A stretch of 64,000 bases of DNA, taken from Sphyrna mokarran (Eukaryota). The translations under genes and the position numbers were made by a program. Shown in pieces: positions 51,540 to 64,000 of this stretch. The DNA is taken from positions 102,114,001 to 102,178,000 of the forward strand of contig JAGIQG010000009.1 in assembly GCA_024679065.1 (NCBI GenBank), given 5' to 3'. The notes beneath the pieces are model-generated. The model had not been told where the DNA came from and did not search any database. It was given only the letters and a program-made list of their open reading frames with translations. Each line of letters begins with the position of its first letter. Position 1 is the stretch's first letter.

Positions 51540-52915
51540 ACTTCTCTACAATCCTTTTAGTTGTAATATTATGTAATGCAATGGCCTCTGGAAATCTAGT
51601 GGACACGTCCATTATGGTCAACAAATACTGAGACCCACTGTTCATTTTAAACAGAGGACCAGTGCAATCAATTGGGACCCTAGTAAATGTTCCTCAGTGC
51701 AAGAATGTGCATTAAGGATGATGGTTTTATTACCACTTGGGCTTTTTCAATTACATGAAATGGGTGACGTGTGGCAGAATTATCCCAAGGCAATAAAGGT
51801 GTTTTTCTATTTTAGTTTGAGATTTTCATACCCTAAATTGACTTCCTACTGATATCTCATGTGCTATCTGCAAACCTTTTCTATAACCCAACTGTAATAC
51901 AACTTTATGAATTTTGGTTTATTTTGCACACACCTGAATAGAAAAATCTCCACTTTTTCATTAAGACATTATTGCCATTGTAATAACATGTTGGAATGCA
52001 CCCAGATTTTCTTTCTGTGTATGTGTTCTGATACAACTGCTTTACCTCTGTATCTTTCTGTTGTAATTCTGCAAACCTTCCTGAAATAAAAATATCCGCT
52101 TCGTCCTCCACCTGTTCTTGTTCTTTATCACTCAGCAGGTGAAAGATTGTTTCTGATAACACAACTTCAGCTCCTTATCTTTTCTCCTTGATTCCTCCTC
52201 CTCCTGTCTCAACCTGTGTCTGTGTTACCACGCAGTCAGAAAACATCCCAGGATATACTTCCCGTAACACCTCAAGTTGTTTGATTTTCCACAGTAACCA
52301 CCTGTAATCCAGCTATATTGTTAACCAGGGTGAACTGTCTCCCTGTCTGTTTTACTCTGACCATCACTTCACCACTTTTCTCCAGAATCTGTAACCTTAC
52401 CACTTAATAGAACGTTACTTTCTTCAGCACTTCTTCCAAATATCACCACCTTTTCTGACAATACTCCTTCTGAACCATATATTTCCTCATTTCCCACCAT
52501 GAAAGATTGACTTTCTTACTATGAAAGATTGATTAACATGAGTAAACCATATCCACACAATTAAACTCTTCAAAAAGATCTGACACTTATCAACCAACTT
52601 CTGAGCAGCCTGTCCATTTATTTGCATCTCCTTCAGATTCAACTATAGTTTCCTTTGACAATGAATTAAGCCCCACTGGCTCAATATTGTTTTATTTCTT
52701 TAGATCTGTCGCAACTGCTTCAATTCTTCTTATTGCGACTGCTTTATTTAGAATTGAATTTTATCCAATTCCAATGTTACACACTGTGTCCTCTGGCAAA
52801 TTTAAATGCTGAGCTATCACTGAAACTACCTCTGCCTTACTTGCCCCCTCAGGCACAGTCAACTGCACCCCATTCATCAACTCCAAAAGATTTGTTTTAA
52901 CCACCTTTTGAAAGC
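51540..52915 (-). mobile_element. Degraded Gypsy-type LTR retrotransposon internal region
   Basis: Integrase remnant QYLLTIMDVSTRFPEAIAL, with upstream gag/protease-like remnants. Confidence 0.65.
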
Positions 52916-53072
52916 AGGGTGTCAGGGGCGGGCAGGGGGGAGGTGTTGTTGGAATTAGCATACAGTTGGCAGCACACACTCTAAGATTCACATTCTTGAC
53001 TGCAGAGGACGATGTATTCTCTAAATCATGGAGTTCCTGATTACTACATTTCTATACTGCTCTCCACTGGAC

Positions 53073-55945
53073 AGTCTCACAATACCAGGTTAAAGTTCAA
53101 AAGGTTTATTTGGTAGTAAACGCCACTAGCTTTCAGAGCACTGCTCCTTCGTCAGGTGAGTGGGAAATTCTGATCACAAACAGTGCATATAAAGGCACAC
53201 ACAGTTTACTGAATACAGATTAGAATGCAAGTCTTTACAGCTAGTCAAATCTTAAATGTGAGTGCAGACAATGTGAGTGGATATAGGATTAAGCGTAGGT
53301 TAAAGAGGTGTGTATTGTCTCCAGACAGGACAGTCTGGAAAGTGAAATGTTGCAAGTTCAGGCAAGTCATGGGTGTTACAGATAGTGTGACATGAACCCA
53401 AGATCCCAGTTGAGGCCGTCCTCGTTTGCAGTACTTGACTATCAGTCTCTGCTCAGCGACTCTGCGCTGTCATATGTCGTGAAGGCAGCCTTGTAGAATG
53501 TTTACCCAAACGTCAGAGGCTGAATGCCTGCGACCACTGAAGTATTCACCAACAAGAAGAGAACAGTCTTGCCTCATGATTGTCGAACGGTGTTCATTCA
53601 TTCGTTGTCGTAGTGTTTGCATGGTCTCCCCGATGTACTATGCCTTAGAACATCCTTTCCTGCAATGCATCAGGTAGACAATGTTGGCCGAGTTGCAGGA
53701 ATATGTACCGCGTATCTAGTGTTCTCACGTGAGGTGATGGCATCTGAGTTGATGATCCAGCATGTCTTGCAGAGATTGCTGTGGCAGGGTTCTGTGGTGT
53801 TGTGGTCACTGTTCTCCTGAAGGCTGGGTAGTTTACTGCAAACAATAGTCTCCTTACGGTTGTGCAGTTGTTTAAAGGCAAGATGTGGGGATGGCCTTGG
53901 CAAGATGTTCGTCTTCATCAATGACATATTGATGAGTCCAGAGAAGATGTTGTAGCTTCTCTGCTCCAGGGAAGTACTGGATGATGAAGGGCACTCTGTC
54001 CACCTGTCCCACGTTTGTCTTCTGAGGAGGTCGGGGCAATTTTTTGCTGTGGCACGTTGGAACCATCAATCGATGAATCTAGTGCCATATCCTGTTCTTA
54101 TGAGGGCATCTTTTAGCATCTGGAGGTGTCTGTTGCAATCCTCCTCATCTGAGCAGATTCTCTGTATATGAAGGGCTTGTCCATTGGGATGTCTTCTTGA
54201 GAGTGTTTAGGGTGGAAGCTGGAGAGGTGGAGCATCATGAGGTTATCTGTGGCTTGTGGTACAGTGAGGTGCTAAGGTAACCATCCTTAATGGAGATGCT
54301 TGTATCCAAGAATGCAACTGATTCCGGAGAGTAGTCCGTAGTGAGTCTGATGGTAGGATGGAACTTGTTCATGTGATTATATAGTTGTTTCAGTAATTGT
54401 TCACCATGAGTTCAAAGGAGGAAAATGTTATCAATGTTTCTAGTGTATGTAGCATTGGTTGAAGGTCCTGTGCAGTGAAGAAGTCTTGTTCGAGCCAGTA
54501 CATGAATATATTGGCACATTGAGGTGCGAATTTGGTCCCCATGGCTTTCTTGTGTGTCTGGATGAAGAACTGGTTGTTGAAGGTAAAAACATGATAGTCC
54601 AGGTTGAAGCGGATGAGTTGTAATTGGAATTGGTTGCATTCTTGGATGCATGCATCTCCATTAAGGACAGTCACCTCAGCACCTCACTGTACCGCAAGCC
54701 CACAATAACGTCACGATGCTCCACTTCTCCAGCCTCCACCCTAAACATGTTAAAGAAGTCATCCCCTACAGACAAGCCCTCCGTATACACAGGATCTGCT
54801 CAGATGAGGAGGATCACAACAGATTCCTCCAGAAGCTGAAAGATGCCCTCATAAGAACAAGATATGGCACTTGACTCATCAATCGACAGTTCAAATGCGC
54901 CACAGCGAAAAAACCACACCGACCTCCTCAGAAGACAAATACGGGACATGGTGGATAGAGTACCCTTTGTCATCCAGTACTTCCCTGGAATGGAGAAGCT
55001 ACAACATCTTTTCCGGAGTCTTCAACAAGTCATTGATGAAAATGAACATCTTGCCAAGGCCATCCCCACATCCCTTTCTTGCCTTCAAACAACTGCACAA
55101 CCTCAAACAAATCATTGTTCACAGCAAACTACCCAACCTTCAGGAGAACAGTGATCACAACACCACACAACCCTGCTACAGCAATCTCTGCAAGATATGC
55201 CAGATCATCGACATGAATGCCAGCATCTCACTTGAGAATACCAGCCACCAGGTACATGGCACATACTCTTGCAACTCAGCCAACATTGTCAACCTGATAC
55301 ACTGCGGGAAAGGATGTCCTGAGGCATGGTACATTGGGGAGACCATGCAAACACTACGACAACAAATGAATGAACGTCGCTCGACAATCACCAGGCAAGA
55401 GTGTTCTCTTCCTGTTGGGGAACACTTCAGCGGTCACGGGCATTCAATCTCTGATCTTCAAACAAATCTCAACTCTCTTAAACAATCTCCAAGGCAGCCT
55501 TCACGGCACACAACAGCACAAAGTCACTGAGCAGAAACTTGTAGCCAAGTTCCGCACACATGAGAAGGCCTCAACTGGGACCTTGGGTTCATGTCACACT
55601 ATCTGTAACTCTCATATCTTGCCTGGGCTTATAACATCTCACTTACTGTCTTGTCTGGAGACAATACACATCTCTTTATCCTATGCTTATTGCTATCTCC
55701 ACTCACATTGTCTGCATCTTTAAGACTTGATTAGGTGTAAAGACTCACATTCTAATCAGTATCCTGTAAACTATGTGTGTTTTTATATGTCCTGTTTGTG
55801 ATCAGAACTCCCACTCATCTGACAAAGGAGCAGCACTCCGAAAGCTAGTGGCGTTTGTTACCAAGTAAAAATGTTTGACTTTAACCTGGTGTTGAGAATT
55901 ATTACTGTGTTTACCCCAGTTCGATACTGGCATCTCCACATCATG
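53073..55945. mobile_element. Penelope-like element in inverted (fold-back) arrangement: minus arm 53073-~54640, plus arm ~54640-55945
   Basis: RT remnants (AMGTKFAP, FLDACIS, LYRKPT); GIY-YIG region (CNSANIVNLIHC..C..AWYIGET); the same terminal repeat at both outer ends. Confidence 0.88.
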
Positions 55946-56975
55946 ACAGCTTTCTGAGACACAGTGTATTAGTCTACACTGTGGCTGTTATCCCTGCAGC
56001 TTTCCTCCTTTTCCTCGTAGGTAGTGAGTGTGTTGTACCTGTTAAACAGTGTCTGTAGCTATAAATTAATACTTCATCACATCAAAGTCCCAGTTCAATC
56101 CACTAGCCAGCTTATAGCAAAAGGACTTCAATTTTCATTTATCAATTAGCCAATTGCTGCCCTGTGATATTACTCAGTATTTCTTTAGTTAATCTCACAG
56201 TGGCCTCCCTCTGTCCACTACCTCTGCATTGAAGAATCTGTGCTCTCAAACCATAGCACACCCTCTGTCTGCCATCGTTTATCTCCACTATTCTCTCTCT
56301 CAGACCTCCCACTCTTCTCACAGTGCTGGGGTTCTTCTTTGCTGCTGCTTTGTTCCTGCTCACACACTCCCACAGTTCTCTCAGTACTTTCTCACTCTCT
56401 CTGCCGGTGTTTGATTTCCTGCTGTACACCTGGAACTCCAGCTGCTCTCACTGTTTGCCTGTCTGTCAGTCTCTGCCGTCACTCTTTGTTGAACTCCTGA
56501 ACCACCTGCTGTGCTCCCAGCTGCAACTAACCAACTTGCAGAATGAGTGTATCACTGGCAAATAAACTTCAACCCAGCTAATAGGTGCTACATTTACCAC
56601 AAACTGTTTGGAAAGGAATTGTCCACTTGTGGTGGAAGAATAGAGGGGTCTTGGGGTATAGATACAAAGATCACCAAAACAATGGCTGATAAGGCCAGAA
56701 ATAAACCAAATGCAGCAATTGGCGGGGGGGTGAAGCAGCATTGGATCAAATTGAAAATCAGATAGCGACAGAAGTAGAGGGCAGCACCTTGGAACATTGG
56801 TTAGCACCGCTACCCCACAGCTCCAAGGACCTGGGTTCGATTCCCGGCTTGAATCACTGTCTGTGCGGAATTTGAACATTCTCTGCATGTCTATTTCTTC
56901 CCAACTCCAAAAGTGTACGGGTTTATAATGCTAAATTGTCCCTTAGTGTCCTGGGACATGTAGGTTAGAGGGATG

Positions 56976-59320
56976 AACATAGAACATAGAACGTAGAACA
57001 ATACAGCACAAACAGGCCCTTCGGCCCACGAGTTGCACCGATCACATCTACCAATCCACAGACCTATCTATAACCCCCTATCCTATTCTTTTCCATATAC
57101 TCATCCAGAAGTCTCTTAAAAGACCCCAGTGAGTTTGCCTCAACAACCTCCAACGGCAGTTGGTTCCATTCACTCACCACCCTCTGAGTGAAAAACCTAC
57201 CCCTGACATCTCCTTTGTATTTGCTTCCCTGCACCTTAAATCTGTGTCCTCTCGTAGTGACCATTTCAGCTCGGGGAAATAGTCTCTGAGAGTCCACCCT
57301 ATCTATTCCTCTCAACATCTTATAAACCTCTATCAGGTCGCCTCTCAACCTACGTCTCTCCAGTGAGAAGAGTCCCAGCTCCCTCAACCTATCTTCATAA
57401 GACCTGCCTCCCAATCCAGGCAGCATCCTTGTAAATCTCCTCTGAACTCTCTCAATAGCCTCTACATCCTTCCTATAATGAGGCGACCAGAACTGCGCAC
57501 AATACTCCAACTGGGGTCTGACAAGCATCATTACCTCCTGACTCCTAAATTCTATTCCTCGATTAATGAAGGGCAGTACGCCTTCTTGACCACTTCCTCC
57601 ATCTGCGAGGCCGATTTAAGAGTCCTATAGACCCGGACTCCGAGATCCTTCTGCTCTACAACACAGCTAAGACTCCTACCCCTTATATTGTACTCCTTCA
57701 TCCCACTAATCCTGCCAAAATGGACCACTACACATTTATCCGCATTGAAGTCGATCTGCCACTTCTCCGCCCAGTCTTGCATCCTGTCTATGTCCTGCTG
57801 CAACTTTTGGCTTCCCTCCAGACCATCCACAACACCACCAACCTTTGTATTGTCGGTGAACTTACCAACCCATCCCTCCACTTCCCAGGGATCTGTTCTG
57901 GGACCCCTGCTGTTTGTCATGAAAATGACAAACAGCAGGGGTCCCAGAACAGATCCTTGGGGCACTCCACTGGTTACTGACCTCCATGCAGAACAAGACC
58001 CATCCACAACCACTCTCTGCCTTCTGCCGGCAAGCCAGTTCTGGATCCAAGAGGCCAAAGCCCCTTGGATCCATGCCCTCTCACCTTCTCCAGAAGCCTT
58101 GCATGGGGGACCTTATCAAACGCCTTACTAAAGTCCATGTACACTACGTCCACCGCCCTTCCTTCGTCAATGTGTTCAGTCACATTTTTGAAGAACTCAA
58201 CTAGGCTCGTAAGCCATGACCTGCCCTTGACAAAACCATGCTGACTATTTCTAATCAGTCCAAACTTCTCCAAATGTTCATATATCTTATCCCTCAGAAG
58301 CCTCTCTATCAGCTTACCAACCACTGAAGTCAGACTCACCGGTCGGTAATTTCCTGGACTATCCCTGTTCCCTTTCTTAAAGATAGGAACCACATCCGCA
58401 ATCCTCCAATCCTCCGGAACCTCTCCCATTTCCATGGACAACGCAAATATCATCGCCAGGGGCTCTGCAACCACTTCCCTCACCTCCCACAATAACCTGG
58501 AGTACATCCCATCCGGTTCCGGCGACTTGTCTATCTTGATAGAATTTGACAGGTCTAACACATCCTCCTTCCTAACATCCACATACTCAATCTTTTCCGT
58601 ATGCCTCAAACCTGCAGTGCAATCTCCCAGTTCACTTTTCACTGTGAATACCGAGGCAAAGTACTCGTTAAGCACTTCTGCCATTTCTTCCGGATTCACA
58701 CAGACTTTTCCCCCTTCACCTTTTATAGGCCCTATCCCTTCTCTTCTCATCCTTTTACTTTTCACGTATTTGTAGAAGGCCTTGGGATTCTCCTTAATCT
58801 TACCTGAGAAGGCCTTCTCATGACCCCTTCTGGCTCTCCTAATTTCTTTTTTAAGTTCCCTTCTACACACCTTATACTCCTGTAGATCCCTAACATCCCC
58901 TAGCTCTCTGAACCTTTTATATACCTTTTTTTTCTTCCTAACTAGGTTTACCACTACCTTTGTGCCCACGGTTCCTGTGTCCTACCAGAACCTCCTTGAC
59001 TCCTCGGAACATTGTCTTGCAGTGTCCCAGACAAACATTCTTTGAAAATCCGCCACTTTCCTTCTGTACTCTTCCCCAAGAACACCTCCTTCCAGTTTAT
59101 ACATCCAATTACCTGCCTAATGTTTTCATATTTCCCCTTACTCCAGACATACAGCTTCCTAGCCTGCCTGATCCTATCTCTTTCCATTGCTATCGTCAAA
59201 GAGATAGAATTATGATCTCCATTCCCAAGATGCTCGCCTACCATGAGATCCGACACCTGCCCTGGCTAATTAGCAAACATCAGGTCAAGTACAGCTTCTT
59301 CTCTCGTAGGCTTTTCCTAC
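56976..59320 (-). mobile_element. CR1 LINE, 5'-truncated and frameshifted
   Basis: NYRPVSLTS, DFSKAFD, GVPQGSVLGP, LVRPQLEYC; (TTCTATG)n-like tail at 56976-57000. Confidence 0.92.
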
Positions 59321-59799
59321 GGATGAGCAGCATAAATATATGGGTTGACAGGAATAGGGCCTGGGTGGGATTGTTGTTGATGCAGATCTGACGGGTCAAA
59401 TGGTCTCTTTCTGCACTGTACAGATTCTATGAAACTTGGACAGTGTTGGTTACACCACATTTGGAGGATTGTAAACAGTTCTGATCTCCATGTGATAAAA
59501 GAGAACATAAAGAAACTGAGGAATCCAATACATACAGACAATGGGGCAGGCTATATAATGAGCGCTTAATAAAATTCTGCTCATGTTGCATCACTGAACA
59601 CGTCCAACGTTTTATAATTTTGTTTTCATACTTACATTTATTTCATTTTGAAAAAATCGAACTAATTCCAATGTTCATATGTTAATTGAGTTTACCTATA
59701 AATAACGTCAGTGTCTATTATTAGACCACTGGCCATTTCAACTTAAATTCTGGCTTTTTTGATCTCCATTTTTAGAATAATCAAATTGTTTTGTTACAG

Positions 59800-59946
59800 A
59801 CAGTGTGACTTCTAGCCCAACACATACAAGCCCAACAACTGACATGAATAAAGTCAAAAATATCGGTGTCCCTGCTGCTACTGCTGCTGTGAGTCTCCTC
59901 GTTATTCTCATCTGCTTGTACTTGGTGCAGACCAGGAAACACACAG
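59800..59946 (+). CDS. Stalk plus transmembrane exon: DSVTSSPTHTSPTTDMNKVKNIGVPAATAAVSLLVILICLYLVQTRKHT
   Basis: TTGTTTTGTTACAG acceptor, AG|GTATGT donor, 147 nt, phase 1-1; S/T/P-rich stalk, ~22-aa hydrophobic helix, basic stop-transfer RKH; absent from the ORF track. Confidence 0.85.
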
Positions 59947-60479
59947 GTATGTGGCTGCTCTGACTGATGGGAATGACTGTTAGATGTGACAGAGATCTGA
60001 TCGTGGTTTCAGCTGGTTTAATAGGTGATAAATTTCAACTATGGGTGAGGGACTAAGATGTGTCATTTTGATTCAACTGGTTGTCCAATCTTCACTTCTA
60101 TTGAGTTCCATACTAAGGGAAGTTGGATACGGATATATTGGATAGTAAATTCCGTATCACCGGTTTTTACAGTATTGGCCACCATCAAAAGTACAACCTA
60201 TAGTCCAATCACTGAATGAATCAACTGTCAAACTACCATTCTGGAAAATTAAGTCATCCTATAATGAGGGACATTCAATTCTTGCACTGCCTGCATCCTC
60301 CCCTCCATAATGGCACAATGGTTAGCACTGCTGCCTCACAGCGCCAGGGAGCTAGGTTCAATTCCCAACTTGGGTCACTGTCTGTGCAGAGTTCTCCATG
60401 CTGATTCTGTGCATTGGCTTGCTAAATTCTCAGAAAATGCACGGTGAATGCATAGAACTCCAAGGTGAAGAAATCAAAA

Positions 60480-61005
60480 TAAGTCAAACGTTCGTTAGGC
60501 CACATTTGGAATACTGCATCCAGTTCTGGTTGCCACACTACCAAAAGGACATGGAAGCTTTGGAGAGAGTACAGAAAAGATTTACCAGGATGTTGCCTGA
60601 TATAGAGAGTCTTAGCTATGAGGAGAGATTGGGTAAACTGGGGTTGTTCTCCCTGGAAAGACGGAGGATGAGGGGAGACCGAATAGAGGTGTACAAAATT
60701 ATGAAAGGCATAGATAGAGTGAACAGTGAGAAGCAAAGGGTTACAAGTTCAAGGAGGTGGGGGGCAAGGTTTAACACGGATGTCAGAGGGACATATTTTA
60801 CACAGAGGGTGCTAAGGGCCTGGAATTCACTGCCAAGCAGGGTGGTGGAGGTGGACACACTGGGATCGTTTAAGACTTATCTGGATAGTCAATAAACAGA
60901 CTGGGTATAGAGGTATACAACTGATTAGCTTAGTTGGAAGCATGAGCAGCTTAGGCTTGGAGGGCCGAAGGGCCTGTTTCCTGTGCTGTATTGTTCTTTG
61001 TTTTT
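60480..61005 (+). mobile_element. CR1 3' fragment lying between the two halves of a SINE (60308-60400, 61018-61200)
   Basis: VRPHLEYC and LFSLERRRMRGD; SINE head upstream and SINE tail downstream. Confidence 0.8.
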
Positions 61006-61624
61006 GAATTGCTAAATGTGTTTCCTCCGAGTACTCTGGTTTCCTCCTGCGGTCCAAAAGATGTACCAGTTACATGCTTTGGCCATGCTAAATTCTCCCT
61101 CAGTGTATCCAAACAGACACCGGAATGTGACAGCGAGGGGATTTTCACAGTAACTTCACTGCAATGTTAATATAAGCCTACTTGTGACAAAAAATAAACT
61201 CCAACTTCACATGTATCTGATCTGTGCTTCTCTGCGTATCCTTCTCCCCATCCTAGTTATGTCTCTGAGAGGCTCCAGCAGGATGGAGGGCTCTCTGTCC
61301 ACACTGACACCTCTGGGGAAAGAAGGAAGAGTTGGAGATAATGGTTGAATGATGGAGAATGCATGGACAAAACACATTACACTTCAGCTGCCATTGTAGT
61401 TTGCAATCTGTCTCATTACACCATCTAATTATCCTCTTCAGTGTGAGCTGGTGTTCAGTGATACAATGATGGCTTGTAGTAGAGGACGATCAGTAGAGGG
61501 AGTCAATCATGAAGAAATAAGATAAATTCCTGTTACTAGGAGAATGAACATTTCACATAAGGCAGCTATCTGTCAGTCTGGTAGAGAACTTAAACATTTA
61601 TCTAATGGAATAGTGAAAGTTTTA

Positions 61625-61913
61625 AATGTATTTATTAGCATGACAAGTTGGCTTACATTAACGCTGCAATGAAGTTACTGTGAAAATCCCCTAGTTGCCA
61701 CAGTTCGGGTACACTGGGGAGAATTTAGCATGGTCAATCCACCTAACCCATACGTCTTTCAGACTATGGGAGGAAACCAGAGTACCCAGTGGAAACTCAT
61801 GCTGACACTGGGAGAACATGCAGGGTCCACATAGACAGTGACCCAGGGAATCGAACCCAGGTCCCTGGCACTGCGAGGTAGCAGTGCTAACCACTGCACC
61901 ACCATGCCGCCCA
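61625..61913 (-). mobile_element. V-SINE
   Basis: Head GGGCGGCATGGTGGTGCAGTGGTTAGCAC on the minus strand; same tail as 1016-1297. Confidence 0.85.
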
Positions 61914-62067
61914 GTAGACATGAACCATTGATTTATACGATTGCTGGACAGCAACAACTGACTTGCACAATTACTGGATATAAATGTATGGTTTTCAGTG
62001 ACAAATCAAATGCAAACCATTGATTTGAAGGACCCATAGGCACAAACCATTTATTTATACCATTAAA

Positions 62068-62335
62068 AGTAAAGTTTATTTATCAGTCGCAAGTAGTTAC
62101 AGTGAAAATTCCCTCGTCACCACGTCTGGTGCCTGTTGGGATACACTGAGGAATAATTTAGCATGGCCAAAGCACATCTTTCAAACTGTGCAAGGAAACC
62201 AGAGCACCCAGAGGAAACCCACACAGACACGAGGAGAATGTGCAATCTCTACACAGACAGTAACCAAACTGGGAATTGAACGGGAGTCTCTGGCGCTGTG
62301 AGGCAGCAGTGCTAACCACTATGCCTCAGTGCTGC
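62068..62335 (-). mobile_element. V-SINE
   Basis: Same family as 61625-61913. Confidence 0.8.
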
Positions 62336-62764
62336 ACACTAACCATTGCTATTTATTGATTTTCACCTACAGTAGTAATTTGTATAACTGCTCGTGCATT
62401 AATGATTTACAGAGCTTGGCACCATGAGTTTGCATATTTACAATGTCCATGATACTTCTAAGATCTAAAAAAAGAATTACATCACTAATGTATGTCAAAT
62501 TTATTGGCCAACAGGGAGATTTAATTTGGGGTTTTCTGAACTCTCACCAATTTTTTTGTGTGTTTTCAAATAATGCATGCACAATAATGTAGGATGATTT
62601 CATCAACCTCCTGGAAGTTCTGACAATCTGGCTGGACCTTGTTTCCTTTTACAGATTTTAAATATCAGTGTAAACTCAAGGATTGGGGCTTTGGTGTCTG
62701 TAATTAACCAATCACGTTCTCAGACAATGCTCTTCATGGTGAAGGAATCAAAATAAATCAAATT

Positions 62765-63538
62765 ACTAATGCATTTTGCAAGGTCCAATACAGATGGGAA
62801 ATATACAGTAAATGGCAGAACCATTAAGAGTATTGGTAGGCAAAGGGATCTAGATATACAAGTACACAGGTCACTGAAAGTGACAATGCAGATAGTCAAG
62901 AAGGCATACGGCATGCTTACCTTCGTTGGCCAAGACACTGAGTTTAAAAATTGACAAATCATGTTGCAACTTTATAGAACCTTAGTTAAGCCCCACTTGA
63001 AATGTTCAATTCTAGTTGCCTCATTACCAGAAGGATGCAGAGGCTTGGGAGAGGTTACAGAAAAGATTTACCAGAATGGTCCCTGGTGTGGAGGGCATTA
63101 GCTATGAGAAAAGGTTGGAGTAACTTGGTTTGTTCTCAATGATACGATGACGGTTGAAGGGAGCAAATTGATAGAAATCTACAAAATTATGAGAGGCATG
63201 GACAGAGTGGAGAGTCAGAAACTTTTTCTCAGAGCGAAAAAGTCAATTATTAGGCACAGGTTTAAGGTGCAAGGAGCAAGATTTAAAGAAGATGTACAAA
63301 GCAAGTATTTTTACACACAGGGTGGTGGGTGTCTGGAATTCGCTGCCAGGGAGATAGTGAAAGCAAATACGATAGTGACTTTTAAGGGGTGTCTGGACAA
63401 ATATATGAATAGGATGTGAATGGAGGGATATGGTCCCTGGAAGGGTAGGGGGTGTTAGTTCAGTCAGGCAGCATGGTCTTTGCAGGCTTGGAGGGCTGAA
63501 GGGCCTGTTCCTGTTCTGTAACTTTCTTTGTTCTTTGA
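62765..63538 (+). mobile_element. CR1 3' fragment
   Basis: MHFARSN, RDLDIQVHRSLK, KAYGML, IYKIMRGMDRV; TTTGTTCTTTG tail. Confidence 0.85.
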
Positions 63539-63688
63539 ACTAAATACAAAATTGGAGCTGGCGGTGTCCAATTTAAAAGCATTAGCAAGCTCTTTCTGTT
63601 GTCTCTTCATCATGTTTTACATAGATTTGCATTTTATCTTTCACACAGTATAAACAATTCTGTTACTAACGTGAGTGTTTCAATTCAG

Positions 63689-63744
63689 GTTGCCAGCAGC
63701 AACAGGATTCGGCTCTCATGGAAACATCTGTTCAGCCTATTGAG
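63689..63744 (+). CDS. First cytoplasmic exon: GCQQQQDSALMETSVQPIE (gene continues beyond window)
   Basis: Perfect TACTAAC branch point 63664-63670, TTCAG acceptor, GAG|GTAAGA donor; phase 1 to 0 and open when joined to the TM exon. Confidence 0.75.
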
Positions 63745-64000
63745 GTAAGAAGGAACTGGATTATTGTGAGTCAAGGTTCTGGTAAAGGAAAATAGGGAAG
63801 GTAAATATTGTCAATTGTCACAAAAAGCATCACAGTGTTTCACATTATAGAAAACTCATTTCACTTGTTAATTTTCTACTCTTCTTTCTCTTGAAAATTT
63901 TGATTTCTTAGAAAGGGAACAAGTTCTGGCTGAATAATTCATTAATGAATTAAATTTAAATTCTACCAATTAATATGATAAGATTCGAACTACCGTTCCT

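Noticed and set aside
56160-56770. Missing C2 exon after a pyrimidine-rich tract
   Set aside because: The phase-1 frame after CCCAG (56520) stops within 9 codons, and the following ORF resembles a CR1 RT remnant (WQINFNP)
62655-62707. Extra cytoplasmic exon after TTTCCTTTTACAG
   Set aside because: No convincing donor and a stop after 17 codons; the TM exon already splices in frame to 63689
35877-63744. Assigning the symbol HEPACAM, VSTM5 or CD2
   Set aside because: Motif-level similarity only; no C2 exon, an extra Cys loop and a different tail; orthology cannot be established here

Overview
Repeat-dense vertebrate genomic DNA, most likely a cartilaginous fish (shark), inferred from abundant V-SINE/HE1-type SINEs and HER1-like CR1 LINEs. 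Nearly all ORFs in the track are TE remnants. Spread across 18.3-63.7 kb on the + strand is one spliced host gene that the ORF track does not assemble. It has a leader exon (18277-18349), three tandem near-identical Ig V-set exons (35877-36269, 41802-42194, 47702-48094), a Ser/Thr-stalk plus transmembrane exon (59800-59946) and a first cytoplasmic exon (63689-63744), and it continues beyond the window. The V domain is of the CD2/SLAM/CEACAM-N/HEPACAM type: it has no canonical B-F disulfide but carries an unusual C-x10-C loop and 8-9 N-glycan sequons. The three V exons come from a recent ~5.9-kb tandem triplication bounded by CR1 copies. All are phase 1-1 cassettes and the V1/V3 pair has diverged more than the flanking intron. 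The promoter has an IRF/ISRE plus ETS motif cluster, and intron 1 holds a ~2.3-kb 41-bp minisatellite. Other notable items are a U2-snRNA-headed retroposon with TSDs, Penelope fold-back elements with hammerhead cores, a near-intact young CR1 nested in an older CR1 whose 3' UTR contains a V-SINE domain, and a Tx1 LINE with a 16-bp TSD.
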